Source: Chiloscyllium plagiosum (lineage: Eukaryota). From it: a stretch of DNA of 20,000 bases. The notes beneath the pieces were generated by a model. It saw only the letters and a program-made list of their open reading frames with translations, ran no database searches and was not told the DNA's origin. Of the stretch, positions 1 through 9,712 are shown in pieces (within the stretch, counting starts at the first letter, position 1; every line of letters begins with the position of its first letter). The stretch covers positions 17,876,863 through 17,896,862 of the forward strand of contig NC_057720.1 in assembly GCF_004010195.1 (NCBI RefSeq), given 5' to 3'. Position numbers and translations under genes: made by a program.

Positions 1-2
1 GT

Positions 3-104
3 AAGCATAAATTATACAAAAGAGATGGGTTGCACCTTAATAGGTTGGGGACCAGCATTCTGGCAGGCAGGTTTGCTACTGCAACACAGCTGCATTTAAA
101 CTAA
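3..104 (+). pseudogene. C-terminus of CR1 ORF1 (SGNH/GDSL esterase-like domain)
   Basis: Frame from 3 reads KHKLYKRDGLHLNRLGTSILAGRFATATQLHLN*. DGLH is the catalytic DxxH block of the esterase domain in CR1 ORF1 proteins. Confidence 0.85.
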
Positions 105-276
105 ATAGCGGGGGGAAGGGAACAAACTGGAAGTTTAAGAAGCAAATTGAAGGGAAAGTTAGAACAAGGGAAGTCAAGAAAGACAACGGTATCAATGAAG
201 CAGAAAACTCAAAAAGGGATCATGCCGTAAGGTTGAGTGAAATAGGGGTTGATAGGAAGGATAAGGGCAGTAACAA

Positions 277-2674
277 ATTAAAAATACTATGAATGCACGA
301 AGTATTAGAAATAAGATGGATGAGCTTGAGGCTCTTTTGGAAATTGGCAGCTACGATATTGTGGGGATAACTGAGACGTGGCTTCAAGTGGACAGGGCCT
401 GGGAAATGAATATTCAAGGCTATACGTGCTATCGTAAGAACAGACTGACGGGCAGAGGGGTTGGGGTGGCCCTGTTGGTAAAGGATGATATTCAGTCCCT
501 TGCGCGGGGGGACGTAGAATCAGGGGATCTAGAGTCAGAATTTCTCAGCTCTATCCATACTAAGGGTAGAAAGACCCACTTGGGAGTTATCTACAGGCCC
601 CCAAACAGTAGTATGGATGTAGGGTGTAAGTTGAATAAGGAGCTGAAATTGGCCTGTCGTGAAGATGTTACTACAGTTATGGGGGATTTCAACATGCAGG
701 TAGACTGGGAGAATCAGGATGGTATTGAACCTCAAGAAAGAGACTTTGTGGAGTGCCTCCGAGATGTATTTTTAGAACAGCTGGTGCTGGAGCCTACCAG
801 GGAGAAGGCAATTCTGGATCTGGTATTGTGCAACAAACCAGAATTGATCAGGGACCTCAAGTGAAGGAGCCATTAGGAGGTAGTGACCATAATACAATAA
901 GCTTCAATCTGCAATTTGAAAGGGAGAGGGTACAATCGCTAGTGACAATATTTCAATTGAATAAAGGGAACTATGGAGCTATGAGGAAGGAGCTGGCCAA
1001 AGTTCAATAATGCAATACCCTAGCAGGGATGACAGTGGAGGAACAATGGCAGATATTTCTGGGTATAACGCAGAAGATGCAGGATCAGTTCATTTCAAAA
1101 AGGAAGAAAGATCCTATGAGGAGGCAGGGGTGGCTGTGACTGACGAGGGAAGTTAAGAAACATATAAAGTCAAGAGAAAAAGTATAACATAGCAAAGATG
1201 AGTGGGAAAATGGAGGACTGGAAAGCTTTTAAAGAACAACAAAGGATTACTAAGAAGAAGATACGCAGAGAAAAAAATGAGGTACGAAGGTAAACTGGCC
1301 CAAAATATAAAGGAGGATAGTAAGAGCTTTTTTAAGTATGTGAAAGGGAAAAAAATGGTTAAGACTAAAATTGGGCCTTTGAAGACAGAAACAGGGGAAT
1401 ATGTTACAGGGAACAAAGAAATGGCAGAAGAGTTGAATTGGTACTTCAGATCTGTGTTCACTGGGGAAGACACAAGCAATCTCCCAGAGGTAACAGTGGC
1501 TGAAGGACCTGAACTGAAGGGAATTTATATTTGCTAGGAATTGGTGTTGGAGAGACTGTTAGGTCTGAAGGCTGATAAGTCCCCGGGGCCTGATGGTCTA
1601 CATCCCAGGGTACTGAAGGAGGTGGCTCTAGATTTATGAAGGGGAAATCATGCTTGACTAATCTTTTGGAATTTTTTGAGGATGTAACTCTGAAGATGGA
1701 CAAGGGAGATCCAGTGGATGTAGTGTACCTGGACTTTCAGAAAGCCTTTGATAAAGTCCCATATAGGAGGTTAGTGAGCAAAATTAGGGCGCATGGTATT
1801 GGGGACAAAGTACTAACTTGGATTGAAAATTGGTTGGCTGAGAGAAAACAAAGAGTAGTGATAAATGGCTCCCTTTCGGAATGGCAGGCGGTGACCAGTG
1901 GGGTACCGCAGGGGTCAGTGCTGGCACCGCAGCTTATTACAATATATATTAATGATATAGAAGATGGTATTAATAATATTAGCAAATTTGCTGATGATAC
2001 AAAGCTGGGTGGCAGGGTGAAATGTTAGGGGATTACAGGGTGACCTGGACAAGTTAGGTGAGTGGACAGATGCATGGCAGATGCAGTTTAATGTGGATAA
2101 ATGTATGGTTATCCACTTTGGTGGCAAGAACAGGAAGGCAGATTACTATCTAAATGGAGTCAAGTTAGGTAAAGGGGCAGTACAAAGAGATCTGGATGTT
2201 CTTGTACACCAGTCAATGAAGGCAAGCATGCAGGTACAGCAGGTAGTGAAGAAAGCTAATAGCATGCTGGCCTTCATAACAAGAGGGATTGAGTATAGAA
2301 GCAAAGAGGTTCTTCTGCAGCTGTACAGGGCCCTGGTTAGACCGCACCTGAAATATTGTGTGCAGTTCTGGTCTCCAAATTTGAGGAAAGACATTCTGGC
2401 TATTGAGGGAGTGCTGCGTACATTCACGAGGTCAATTCCTAGAATGGCGGGACTATCTTATGTTGAAAGACTGGAGCGACTGGGCTTGTATACTCTTGAG
2501 TTTAGAAGACTGAGAGGGGATCTGATTGAGACGTATAAGATTATTAAAGGATCGGACACTCTGGAGGCAGGAAACATGTTTCTGCTGATGGGTGAGTCCC
2601 GAACCAGAGGACACAGTTTAAAAATAAGGGGTAGCCCATTTAGGACAGAGATGAGGAGAAACGTCTTCCCCTAG
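277..2674 (+). pseudogene. CR1 ORF2 (apurinic endonuclease + reverse transcriptase), disrupted
   Basis: ORF pieces 289-864, 753-1010, 1202-1537, 1636-2028 and 2081-2674 are collinear parts of one EN-RT protein broken by frameshifts, stops and deletions. Confidence 0.93.
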
Positions 2675-2885
2675 AGAGTGGTGGGTGTGTGGAATGCTCT
2701 GCCCGAGAAGGCAGTGGAGGCCCAGTCTCTGGATTCATTTAAGAAAGAGTTGGATAGAACTCTCAAGGATAGTGGAATCGAGGGTTATGGAGATAAGGCA
2801 GGAACAGGATACTGATTGAGGATGATCAGCCATGGTGGTGTAGGCTTGAAGGGCAGAATGGTCTACTCCTGCACCTATTGTCTAT

Positions 2886-2938
2886 CACTGTCATCTCCTC
2901 AAAAAAACTCAATGAAGTCAGTGAGGCATGAAATCCCC
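2886..2938 (-). mobile_element. Short fragment of an older antisense CR1 RT directly after the young LINE tail
   Basis: Reverse complement ggggatttcatgcctcactgacttcattgagtttttttgaggagatgacag resembles the GKSCLTNLIEFFEEVT-coding segment. Confidence 0.65.
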
Positions 2939-3283
2939 AACTATCTCAAACCTGCTTACTCTAAGATTGAATTTTTGTAAATTTGAAGCTCATATGTTGC
3001 TATGAACAGCTGGGTAAATACTTCAAGGTGCAATTATTGTGCTGAATAAGTCCTCTGCTGCAACAGAGTCCAATCTCTCTTCTGTTGACAATGGACACCG
3101 CAGTGTTACCTATTGACTGCTTATTTGAATCAGTAGAAAATAGTAAAGATTTGTGTGTATAGCAAATCTTCAACCAGTATAAGTATTCAGTTGAGAAAAA
3201 ACCAAGTGCAATGAAATATCTTGATCTGTACCATGTGAAAAATGATCTACATTAAATTTTATTGTTTATGCAAAAAGTTTAAG

Positions 3284-3318
3284 ATGCACAGAAATGTGAT
3301 CAATATCTGAACATATGG
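3284..3318 (+). CDS. Candidate exon of an unidentified host gene (xAQKCDQYLNIW, or a 5'UTR exon ending ATG G)
   Basis: Strong donor TGG|gtaagt at 3319. The acceptor is weak and ambiguous (tttaag| at 3283 or gcacag| at 3291). The end phase fits the next candidate exon. Confidence 0.3.
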
Positions 3319-3534
3319 GTAAGTTTGCCATGGCCTGCCTTGGTGTTGACTGCAACCCTTTTACTGGCAACCTTTGTTTTTGAATCGATGACATGTGTAC
3401 CTAAAAAGTTGTTAGCTCTTTACTTCACATTTACCTTGCAGCATTGTATGCTTTTGAGCTTGTCCTGTTTGACTGTGATGAGTGTAACATTTTACATTGA
3501 GTGATTGGATTTCCATGTGTTTACTCCTTGCTCT

Positions 3535-3731
3535 ACCTGAAGAACATAAACTAATTGAGAACTTGCCTTCATTTAAACAGTTGTTGCCAAGATAAATGCT
3601 TGGCACAACATTGTGGGCCGAAGGGCATGTGTTGTACCGTTCCACATCAAAAAATAACCAAAATGTACTACTTATTTTACCTGAAAAACATAAACCAATT
3701 GAGAACTTGCCTTAATTTAAATAGTTGTTGC
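3535..3731 (+). repeat. ~54-bp direct repeat (3535-3587 and 3678-3731)
   Basis: tacctgaagaacataaactaattgagaacttgccttcatttaaacagttgttgc vs tacctgaaaaacataaaccaattgagaacttgccttaatttaaatagttgttgc, 4 mismatches. Confidence 0.93.
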
Positions 3732-4307
3732 TTCGAATTTTGACATTTTGCTTTGTACATTTAAGTGTAACATATGGTTATCAGACAAAATATTAACAAA
3801 TCCAATTTTTAAATTCATTTTAAAATTGATAAGTTCTTTTGATATATGAACAAAAGTAAAATTATATTTCATAAGAATCTTAGCTTTGTGCAAAAATCTA
3901 CATAAAACCAATTTCTGAGGGAATTTCCCCATCATAATGCATTCATAGAAGTTCAAAATTCGTATGTGTTTTATATAGCAAAAATAAGCACAACAGAAAT
4001 TAAGGAAAATTAAAATTTTTCAAAACAAGACTGCTGTAGTTTTTATGTACTTTATTTGGAAACAATTACCCTTGACCTTAAAGCAAACTGAGAACAAAGG
4101 TTTAATGGAAAGATAGCTATATGCTACACTTAACATACAAAGCAAAATGTCAAAAATCGAAGCAACAACTATTTAAATTAAGGCAAGTTCTCAATTGGTT
4201 TATGTTTTTCAGGTAAAATAAGGAATACATTTTGGTGACTTTTGATGTGGAACAGTACAACACAGTACAGGCCCTTCGGCCCACAATGTTGTGCAAGCAT
4301 TTATCTT
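3589..4307. repeat. ~195-bp inverted repeat (arms 3589-3782 and 4112-4307, 329-bp spacer)
   Basis: Manual alignment gives about 90% identity, including a perfect 66-bp block (3671-3736 vs 4157-4222). Confidence 0.96.
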
Positions 4308-4402
4308 AGATCAACCTGACTTACACACCCCTCCATTTACTGCCGTCCATGTGCTTGTCCAGCAGTCACTTAAATGTCCCTAATGTCTTGTCCAGCAGTC
4401 AC
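4250..4402 (-). mobile_element. 5'-truncated CR1 LINE 3' end
   Basis: gaacagtacaacacagtacaggcccttcggcccacaatgttgtg...cagcagtcacttaaatgtccctaatg is closely related to the tails at 6313-6598 and 18470-19309. Confidence 0.88.
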
Positions 4403-4404
4403 AA

Positions 4405-4897
4405 GCATTTTTGCATCACTGGTTATTTATTGCCCATCCCGAATTGCCCTAGAGGGCAATTAAGAGTCAACCACATTGCTAGGGTCTCGAGTCACATGTA
4501 GGCCAGAACAAATAAGGACAGCAGCTTTCCTTGCCCAAAGGGCTAGATAGGTTTTCTAACAATCAAAAGTGTGGTGCTGGAAAGTCACCACAGGAATAAT
4601 AATGAAGGGCAATGCCCAAAACGTCTGTTCTCTTGCTCCTTGGATGCTGCCTGACCTGCTGTGCTTTTCCAGCACTACACTCTTGACTCTGGTCTCCAGC
4701 ATCTGCAGTCCTCACTTTCTCCTAGTTGTTTCCAATAGTCGACAGTGGATTCATGGTTATCATTAGACTTTTTTTATTGGATTAGATTCAATTTTCAACA
4801 TCTGCCATGATGGAATTTGAACCTATGTCCCCAAAGCATTAACCATCTCTCTGGGTTTATAGTCCAGATATAATGCCATTAGGCCATCATCTCCCCC
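4405..4897 (-). mobile_element. tRNA-headed shark SINE interrupted by a Penelope-derived insert
   Basis: Minus strand begins ggggagatgatggcctaatgg (A-box-like) with ggttcaaattcc (B-box-like) and ends in a gggatgggcaataaat tail. Confidence 0.8.
4565..4723 (+). mobile_element. Penelope-like element pLTR remnant with short inverted 5' piece and decayed hammerhead motif
   Basis: atgaagggcaatgcccaaaacgtc...ggatgctgcctgacctgctgtgcttttccagc...ctccagcatctgcagtc is homologous to 19408-19536. agtgtggtgctggaaa (4568-4583) is inverted relative to 4666-4681. Diverged flanking duplication ttttctaacaatc / gtttccaatagtc. Confidence 0.82.
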
Positions 4898-4924
4898 TGT
4901 GGTGGATATGAGAATGCCTGTGGG

Positions 4925-5088
4925 TAGAAATATTGGAAATAAGATCAGTAGGCCATTCAGCTCTTTGAGTAGGTTGTGCCATTCATTATAATCATGGTTG
5001 ATCATCCAACTCAATAGCCTGTTCCCATTTATCTTGCACATCCTCTGAGCCCTTTAACCCTAAATGCTATATCCGACTCTTTCTCAAT
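4925..5088 (-). mobile_element. Old CR1 3' end fragment
   Basis: gtaggccattcagctc...ccattcattataatcatggttgatc is the reverse complement of a CR1 3' UTR. Confidence 0.75.
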
Positions 5089-5094
5089 ATTTTC

Positions 5095-6215
5095 CATATT
5101 AATTTCTAGAAGGTATTAGGTAAGATTTCCATACTAAAGTTTATTAATTCGGATGATATTGTATGTGCATGGAATTGGAGATATTTCTGTTCTATACGTT
5201 GGTAACTAATTTGTTGAAAGTGAAAGGCAGATATCAAGATAGTGTACTTTTGATTGATAGAATATATGTGTGTTTCCAGGTCACTTATACTGGGGTCTCA
5301 GCTTCCCATAGTTATGTCATTTTACTTGGATGATGGAATACAATAATCACACGTCTGGACTTCCAAACGTCACTATTTTAGGAGGTAACGTTGTGCAGAT
5401 GGAAGTTGAAAATTACAAACTAATATAAACACTGAGAGTGGAAAAGGTTGGCAGACAGATTTAATGTAGGGAGTGTGCTGCTGTCCACTTTGAATCCCCA
5501 AGAAGAAAATTAAAATATTTTCTTAATGGTAAAAATTTAGTAACCCTGGACCAACAAAGGAATTTGGATCACTGCATAAATTACTGAAAGATAATAATCA
5601 AAATTTTTTGATGAATTTTGGCCTTTATTCCAAAGGAACTGAAGTAGAAAAAGGGGGTATGTCTAATCTGTGGAGTATCTTGGTCAGCCCCCATCCAGAG
5701 TGTTTCATTCAGTCTTGGACACTGCACCTCAAGAATATTTGGTCTCTGAGAAAGTCAACTTAGGCCCACAAGAACGATAATGGGGCCTGAAAGGTTATAC
5801 TGGGTAAATCTAATTTTATACCATACATTTAGGAAGTTGAAGGGTTCTAATCAAAATCTTTGAAATGATTAAGAAATTTCAGCAGATGAATATGGAAAAC
5901 TACCTTTTTCTGGCCAGAAAATCCAATTGGGAACTAAACATAAAATTATAAGGAAACCTTTATAGGAATAAAATGAAGAAGCACTTTTACAAACAAAGGA
6001 CAGTGGAAAACTGGAATACACTTTCTCTCTCCATACCCCCCTCCCCTCGCTGCCCTCCAAAAAGTGTGACAAAAGAGACCGAGATCGCTTTGTTTGATAA
6101 GTATGTTAAGTAAATATTGCTAAGGAAAGTATAGAATAAAGACACTTAAATGGAGTTGAGGTGTATCAACCAGAATGGCTTGCCAGACTAAATAATTTAT
6201 TGCTTCTTATTCCCA
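5095..6215 (+). mobile_element. Old, heavily diverged CR1 LINE 3' portion (RT to tail)
   Basis: Degenerate HGIG, (QG)SLILGSQL...LDDGI and WQ..FNV..C..VHF motifs in collinear order, then a decayed 3' UTR. Confidence 0.75.
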
Positions 6216-6312
6216 TTTTGATAGTTACTTCACAAGAACTATGATACGATTGAACAACAAATGAATTTTGTTATTTTGTGTATTGTTATCCATGTGCATT
6301 TGGGAAAGTGGG

Positions 6313-6598
6313 ATAGAACATAGGAAAGTACAGCACAGAACAGGCCCTTCAGCCCACCATATTGTGCTGAGTATTAACCCGAATCTAAAATAAAACAACC
6401 TAATCTACGAACCCTCAATTCGCTGCTGTTCATGTGCATGCGTAGCAGTCGCTTAAATGTCCCTAATGACTCTGCTTCCATCACCACCGCTGGCAATGCA
6501 TTCCATGCGTTCACAACTCTCTGCGTATAGAATCTACCTCTGACGTCTCCTCTGTACCTTCCTCCTAACACTTAAAACTATGACCCCTTGTGGCAGTC
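6313..6598 (-). mobile_element. Young 5'-truncated CR1 LINE 3' end
   Basis: Minus ORF 6374-6571 (LGGRYRGDVRGRFYTQRVVNAWNALP) is the CR1 ORF2 C-terminus; tail atagaacatagg. Confidence 0.93.
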
Positions 6599-6833
6599 TG
6601 ACTTCAATCTTGTAATAAATCTGACACTGCACTACGCAGGTGAAAATTAGTGCTGTTTACTGTATAAAATTGAGATTCATATGTGTAAACGTGAGGTTTT
6701 TTGATACTTGCTGGCCTTGACTTTCAGAAATGTTGAAACTCATCACAAGATAAACATTAGCGTTTCAGGTGTTTCCATCAAATATTAATCACTTCTAATG
6801 GAAATTCCTTGCCCTGGAGACTATATTCTTCAG

Positions 6834-6882
6834 CAAGCTGCATTACGAGATTTTGTTTTGGCTTTCTTTTGGATTCAGCAAG
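6834..6882 (+). CDS. Candidate internal exon QAALRDFVLAFFWIQQ (phase 0 to 1)
   Basis: ctatattcttcag| acceptor and AAG|gtattg donor, 49 nt open, in unique sequence. Alternative acceptor at 6837. Confidence 0.45.
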
Positions 6883-7049
6883 GTATTGGGCATGTGATGA
6901 TTCGAATGATGAAAGATCTTTGACACTAAGCTGCTTTGTAATGGAAGGAATTGGTTTGAATTGTTTGCAGCTGGGTTTTTTTATATTCAGTGTCTATTTT
7001 ATGGAGCATGCAATTTTCTGGGTGTGCCTTTCTTGGTCTTTTAGAATGT

Positions 7050-7940
7050 GTTTAATAAATTCCCACATAAGAGATTAGCATGTAAAATTGAAGTTCATGG
7101 AACTGGGGGTAATATGTTGACATGGGTAGAGAACTGGCCAGAAACATGAAACAAAGAAAAGGAATAAGCAGGTCATTTTCTGAGTGGCACCCAGTGACCA
7201 GTGGGGTACTGTAGGGATCAGTGCTTGGATTCCAGCTATTCATAACATATATCAATAATTTAGATATGGGAACTAAATGCAATATCTCCAATTTTGCACA
7301 CAACACAAAGCTGGATGAAAGGATAAATTGAGGTTGATGCAAAAATGCTTCAGTGTGGTTTTGACAAGTTGAGTGAGTGGGCATATTTATAGCAGCTGAA
7401 GAATAATGTGAATAAATGTGAAGTTACCCACTATGGTAGCAAAAACAGGAAGGCAGATTATTAACTGTATAGCAATAAATTAGAAAAGGGGGAGAGGAAT
7501 GAGACCGAAGTGTCCCTGTACACCAGTCGCTGTAAGTAAAATTCAGGTGAGCAGAGAATGAAGAAGAAAAAAATGTTGGCTTTCATAGCAAGATGATTAG
7601 AGTGCAGGAACAGAAGCAATTGTACAGAGGTTTGGTGAGATTACTGCTGCAGTATTGTGTACACTTTTAATCTCCTTTTATCTGACAAAGTATGCTCCAG
7701 CAATGGATGGAATGCAACAAAGTTTTTGGCAGGATTGACTTATGAAAAAAGACTGGATCAGTTAGGACTACATTTGCTGGAGCTTGGAAGAATGAGGGAA
7801 ATCTCATAGAAACCCAGAAAGCTATAATGACGTGACAGGTTAAATGGAGCAAAGATGCTCCTGATGACCAGAAAATCCAGAACTGGTCTCCGATTACAGG
7901 GTAAGCCATTTAAGAGTGAGATGAGGAGAAATTACTTCCC
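7050..7940 (+). mobile_element. Degenerate CR1 LINE RT/3' fragment
   Basis: Collinear with 1750-2670 of the young LINE (gtgaccagtggggtac, aacaggaaggcagatta, gagatgaggagaaa). Confidence 0.9.
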
Positions 7941-7949
7941 TAACAACAA

Positions 7950-8800
7950 TAATATAAAATAAAGAACAGTTGCTTGAAACCTGAAACGAAAACAGAAATT
8001 GTGGGAGAAACTCAGACTGACAGCATTTCTTGAGAAAATAGAGTTAACATTTTTGGTCCAGTGGCCATTCTTCAGAACTAGATAGTAAAAAAAGAAAAGG
8101 TAATATAACTTAATGTTGAGTCCTGAAGCCTTCAGGATCTCCAAGTGGAAAATGGGACGCAGTTCTTCCAGATTGTACTGAGCCTCACTGGAGCACTGCC
8201 ACAGGCTTGAAACAAATGTTGGCTAAGGAACATAATATGTTGAAGTGCAGGCAATTAAAAGCTTGGGGTTATTTTTGCGTCAAAACGTAGATGTTCCGCA
8301 AAGCAGTCAGTCAGTCTGCATCTCATTTCCAAGTGTAGAGGAGACCACATTGTGAACAGTGAATGCAGTAAACTAGATTGAGTGTAGGTAAATTCCTGCT
8401 TCACCTGAAAGATGTGTTTGGGACCTTGGATAGTGAGAAGGGAGGAAGTAAACAGGTAGGTGTTACATATCCAGTGATTACATGGAAAGGTGCTGTAGGG
8501 AGGAGGTGGTGGGACTGGTGAAGGAGTGAACTAGGGTGTCCCAGAGGGAATGGTCCCTGCAGAGTGCTGACAAGGGAGGGAAGGGGAGAGGAAGGTCTAT
8601 TTGGAGGTGGTATCCAGCTGGAGTTGATGCAAATAGTGACTTACGGTTCTTTTGCGGTGGAGTGGAAAGTGAAGGTGGGGGGACCCCTATCAGTGTTCTG
8701 AGGAGGAAGAGCAGGGATGAGGGCAGAAGTGCAGAAAATGGACTAAACATAGCTAAGGGCACCGTCAACCACAGTAGTGGGGAAATTAGCAGTTGAGGAA
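7950..8800 (-). mobile_element. Old Penelope-like element 3' part (GIY-YIG endonuclease remnant plus pLTR)
   Basis: Minus strand encodes degenerate NLVYCIHCSQCGLLY...CFAEHLR and LEELRPIFHLEILKASGLNI. pLTR has a decayed hammerhead core at 8042-8079. Confidence 0.85.
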
Positions 8801-8807
8801 AACCCAT

Positions 8808-8845
8808 GGGGTGGCACGGTGGCTCAGTGGTTAGCACTGCTGCCT
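8808..8845 (+). mobile_element. 5' stub of an HE1-type V-SINE (A box only)
   Basis: ggggtggcacggtggctcagtggttagcactgctgcct matches the HE1 head and overlaps the start of the copy at 16372. Confidence 0.8.
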
Positions 8846-8849
8846 GGAT

Positions 8850-9430
8850 ATCATTGAAGTTTCACTGCATTTGGATCTAGATTGCTTCAAACTCAGAGGA
8901 ATAATGAATGGTGCTGGACTTCATACGATTATCAGTAAGCATCCCAACTTCTGACCTTATGAAGGAGAGAAAGGCATTGATGAAGCAGCTGAAGATAGTT
9001 GGGCCTCTGCTACTCTTGAGGAATTCCTGCAGGGATGTCCTGGAGCTGATGTGACTGACCTCCAACAACCTCAACCATCTTCCTTTTGCTAGGTATCATT
9101 TCAACCATAGGTGTGTTTACCCAGGATTTCCATTGATTTTAGTTTTGTTAGGGTTCCTTGATACCACATTCAATCAAATGCAGCATTGATGTCAAGGGCT
9201 GTCACTCTCCTCAATCCCTAGAATTAAGCTCTTTTGTCCATTTTGAGCCAAGGCTACAACAAATGGCACTCGAGAAACCCAACTGAGTATCAGTGAGCAT
9301 ATTATTGCCAAGCCAGTGTTGCTCGATGACATTGACCCTTCCCATCACTCTACTAATGATTGAGAGTAGTATTTTGCAACAGTGGTTGACCACATTGGAT
9401 TTGTCTTGCTTTGTGTGTTCAGGGTGTTCC
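8850..9430 (-). mobile_element. Degenerate LINE RT fragment (CR1-group, different family)
   Basis: Minus ORF 8877-9074 GPTIFSCFINAFLSFIRSEVGMLTD corresponds to the GP..F..FINDL...FADD region; 9211-9447 contains QLGF. Confidence 0.85.
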
Positions 9431-9444
9431 ACATTGTTCCAGCG

Positions 9445-9560
9445 CAATTTCTTATTTCAAATTCTATCTTTTAGCGTGATGGGATTTCAACCTAGATACC
9501 TAGAACCTCATTACTTGGGTTGCTATTTCCAGTGACAATATCACTATGACCTCTTATCCC
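9445..9560 (-). mobile_element. Decayed tRNA-derived SINE head
   Basis: gatgggatttcaacctag...ccagtgacaatatcactatg resembles the head at 4800-4897. Confidence 0.55.
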
Positions 9561-9651
9561 ATACTTTTATAATGACTATCCATAGTTTAATCTCCTGGAG
9601 TAAGTGGACCCAGCTTTTAAATGTTTCTCACTAATTGAGGTGCTTTATTCA

Positions 9652-9712
9652 AAAAGAAAGAAAGACTTGCACTTAGTGTTTTTCATTAGGAAGTCCCAAA
9701 GTGCTTTATAGC
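9652..9712 (-). mobile_element. L2/DeuSINE-like 3' tail remnant
   Basis: aaagaaagaaagacttgca...gtcccaaagtgctttatagc resembles an L2-type tail in reverse orientation. Confidence 0.5.

Larger units (their letters stand above)
1..2885 (+). mobile_element. CR1-clade LINE, degenerate near-full-length copy whose 5' end lies outside the window
   Basis: ORF1 end, APE endonuclease motifs (NARSIRNK, GITETW, YRPP, MGDFN, LDLV, SDH), RT motifs (YLDFQKAFDKV, GVPQGSVL, KFADDTKL), C-terminal ERLERLGL..RRLRGDLIE and a CR1-type 3' end (gaagggcagaatggtctactcctgcacctattgtctat). Confidence 0.95.

Noticed and set aside
3475..3540. C/D snoRNA-like GTGATGA...CTGA
   Set aside because: No convincing terminal stem, poor C'/D' spacing, and no recognisable rRNA or snRNA antisense element.
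5280..5384. Exon-like segment with tttccag acceptor and GAG|gtaacg donor
   Set aside because: It has stops in all three frames and is a decayed CR1 RT (QGS.LG...LDDGI region).
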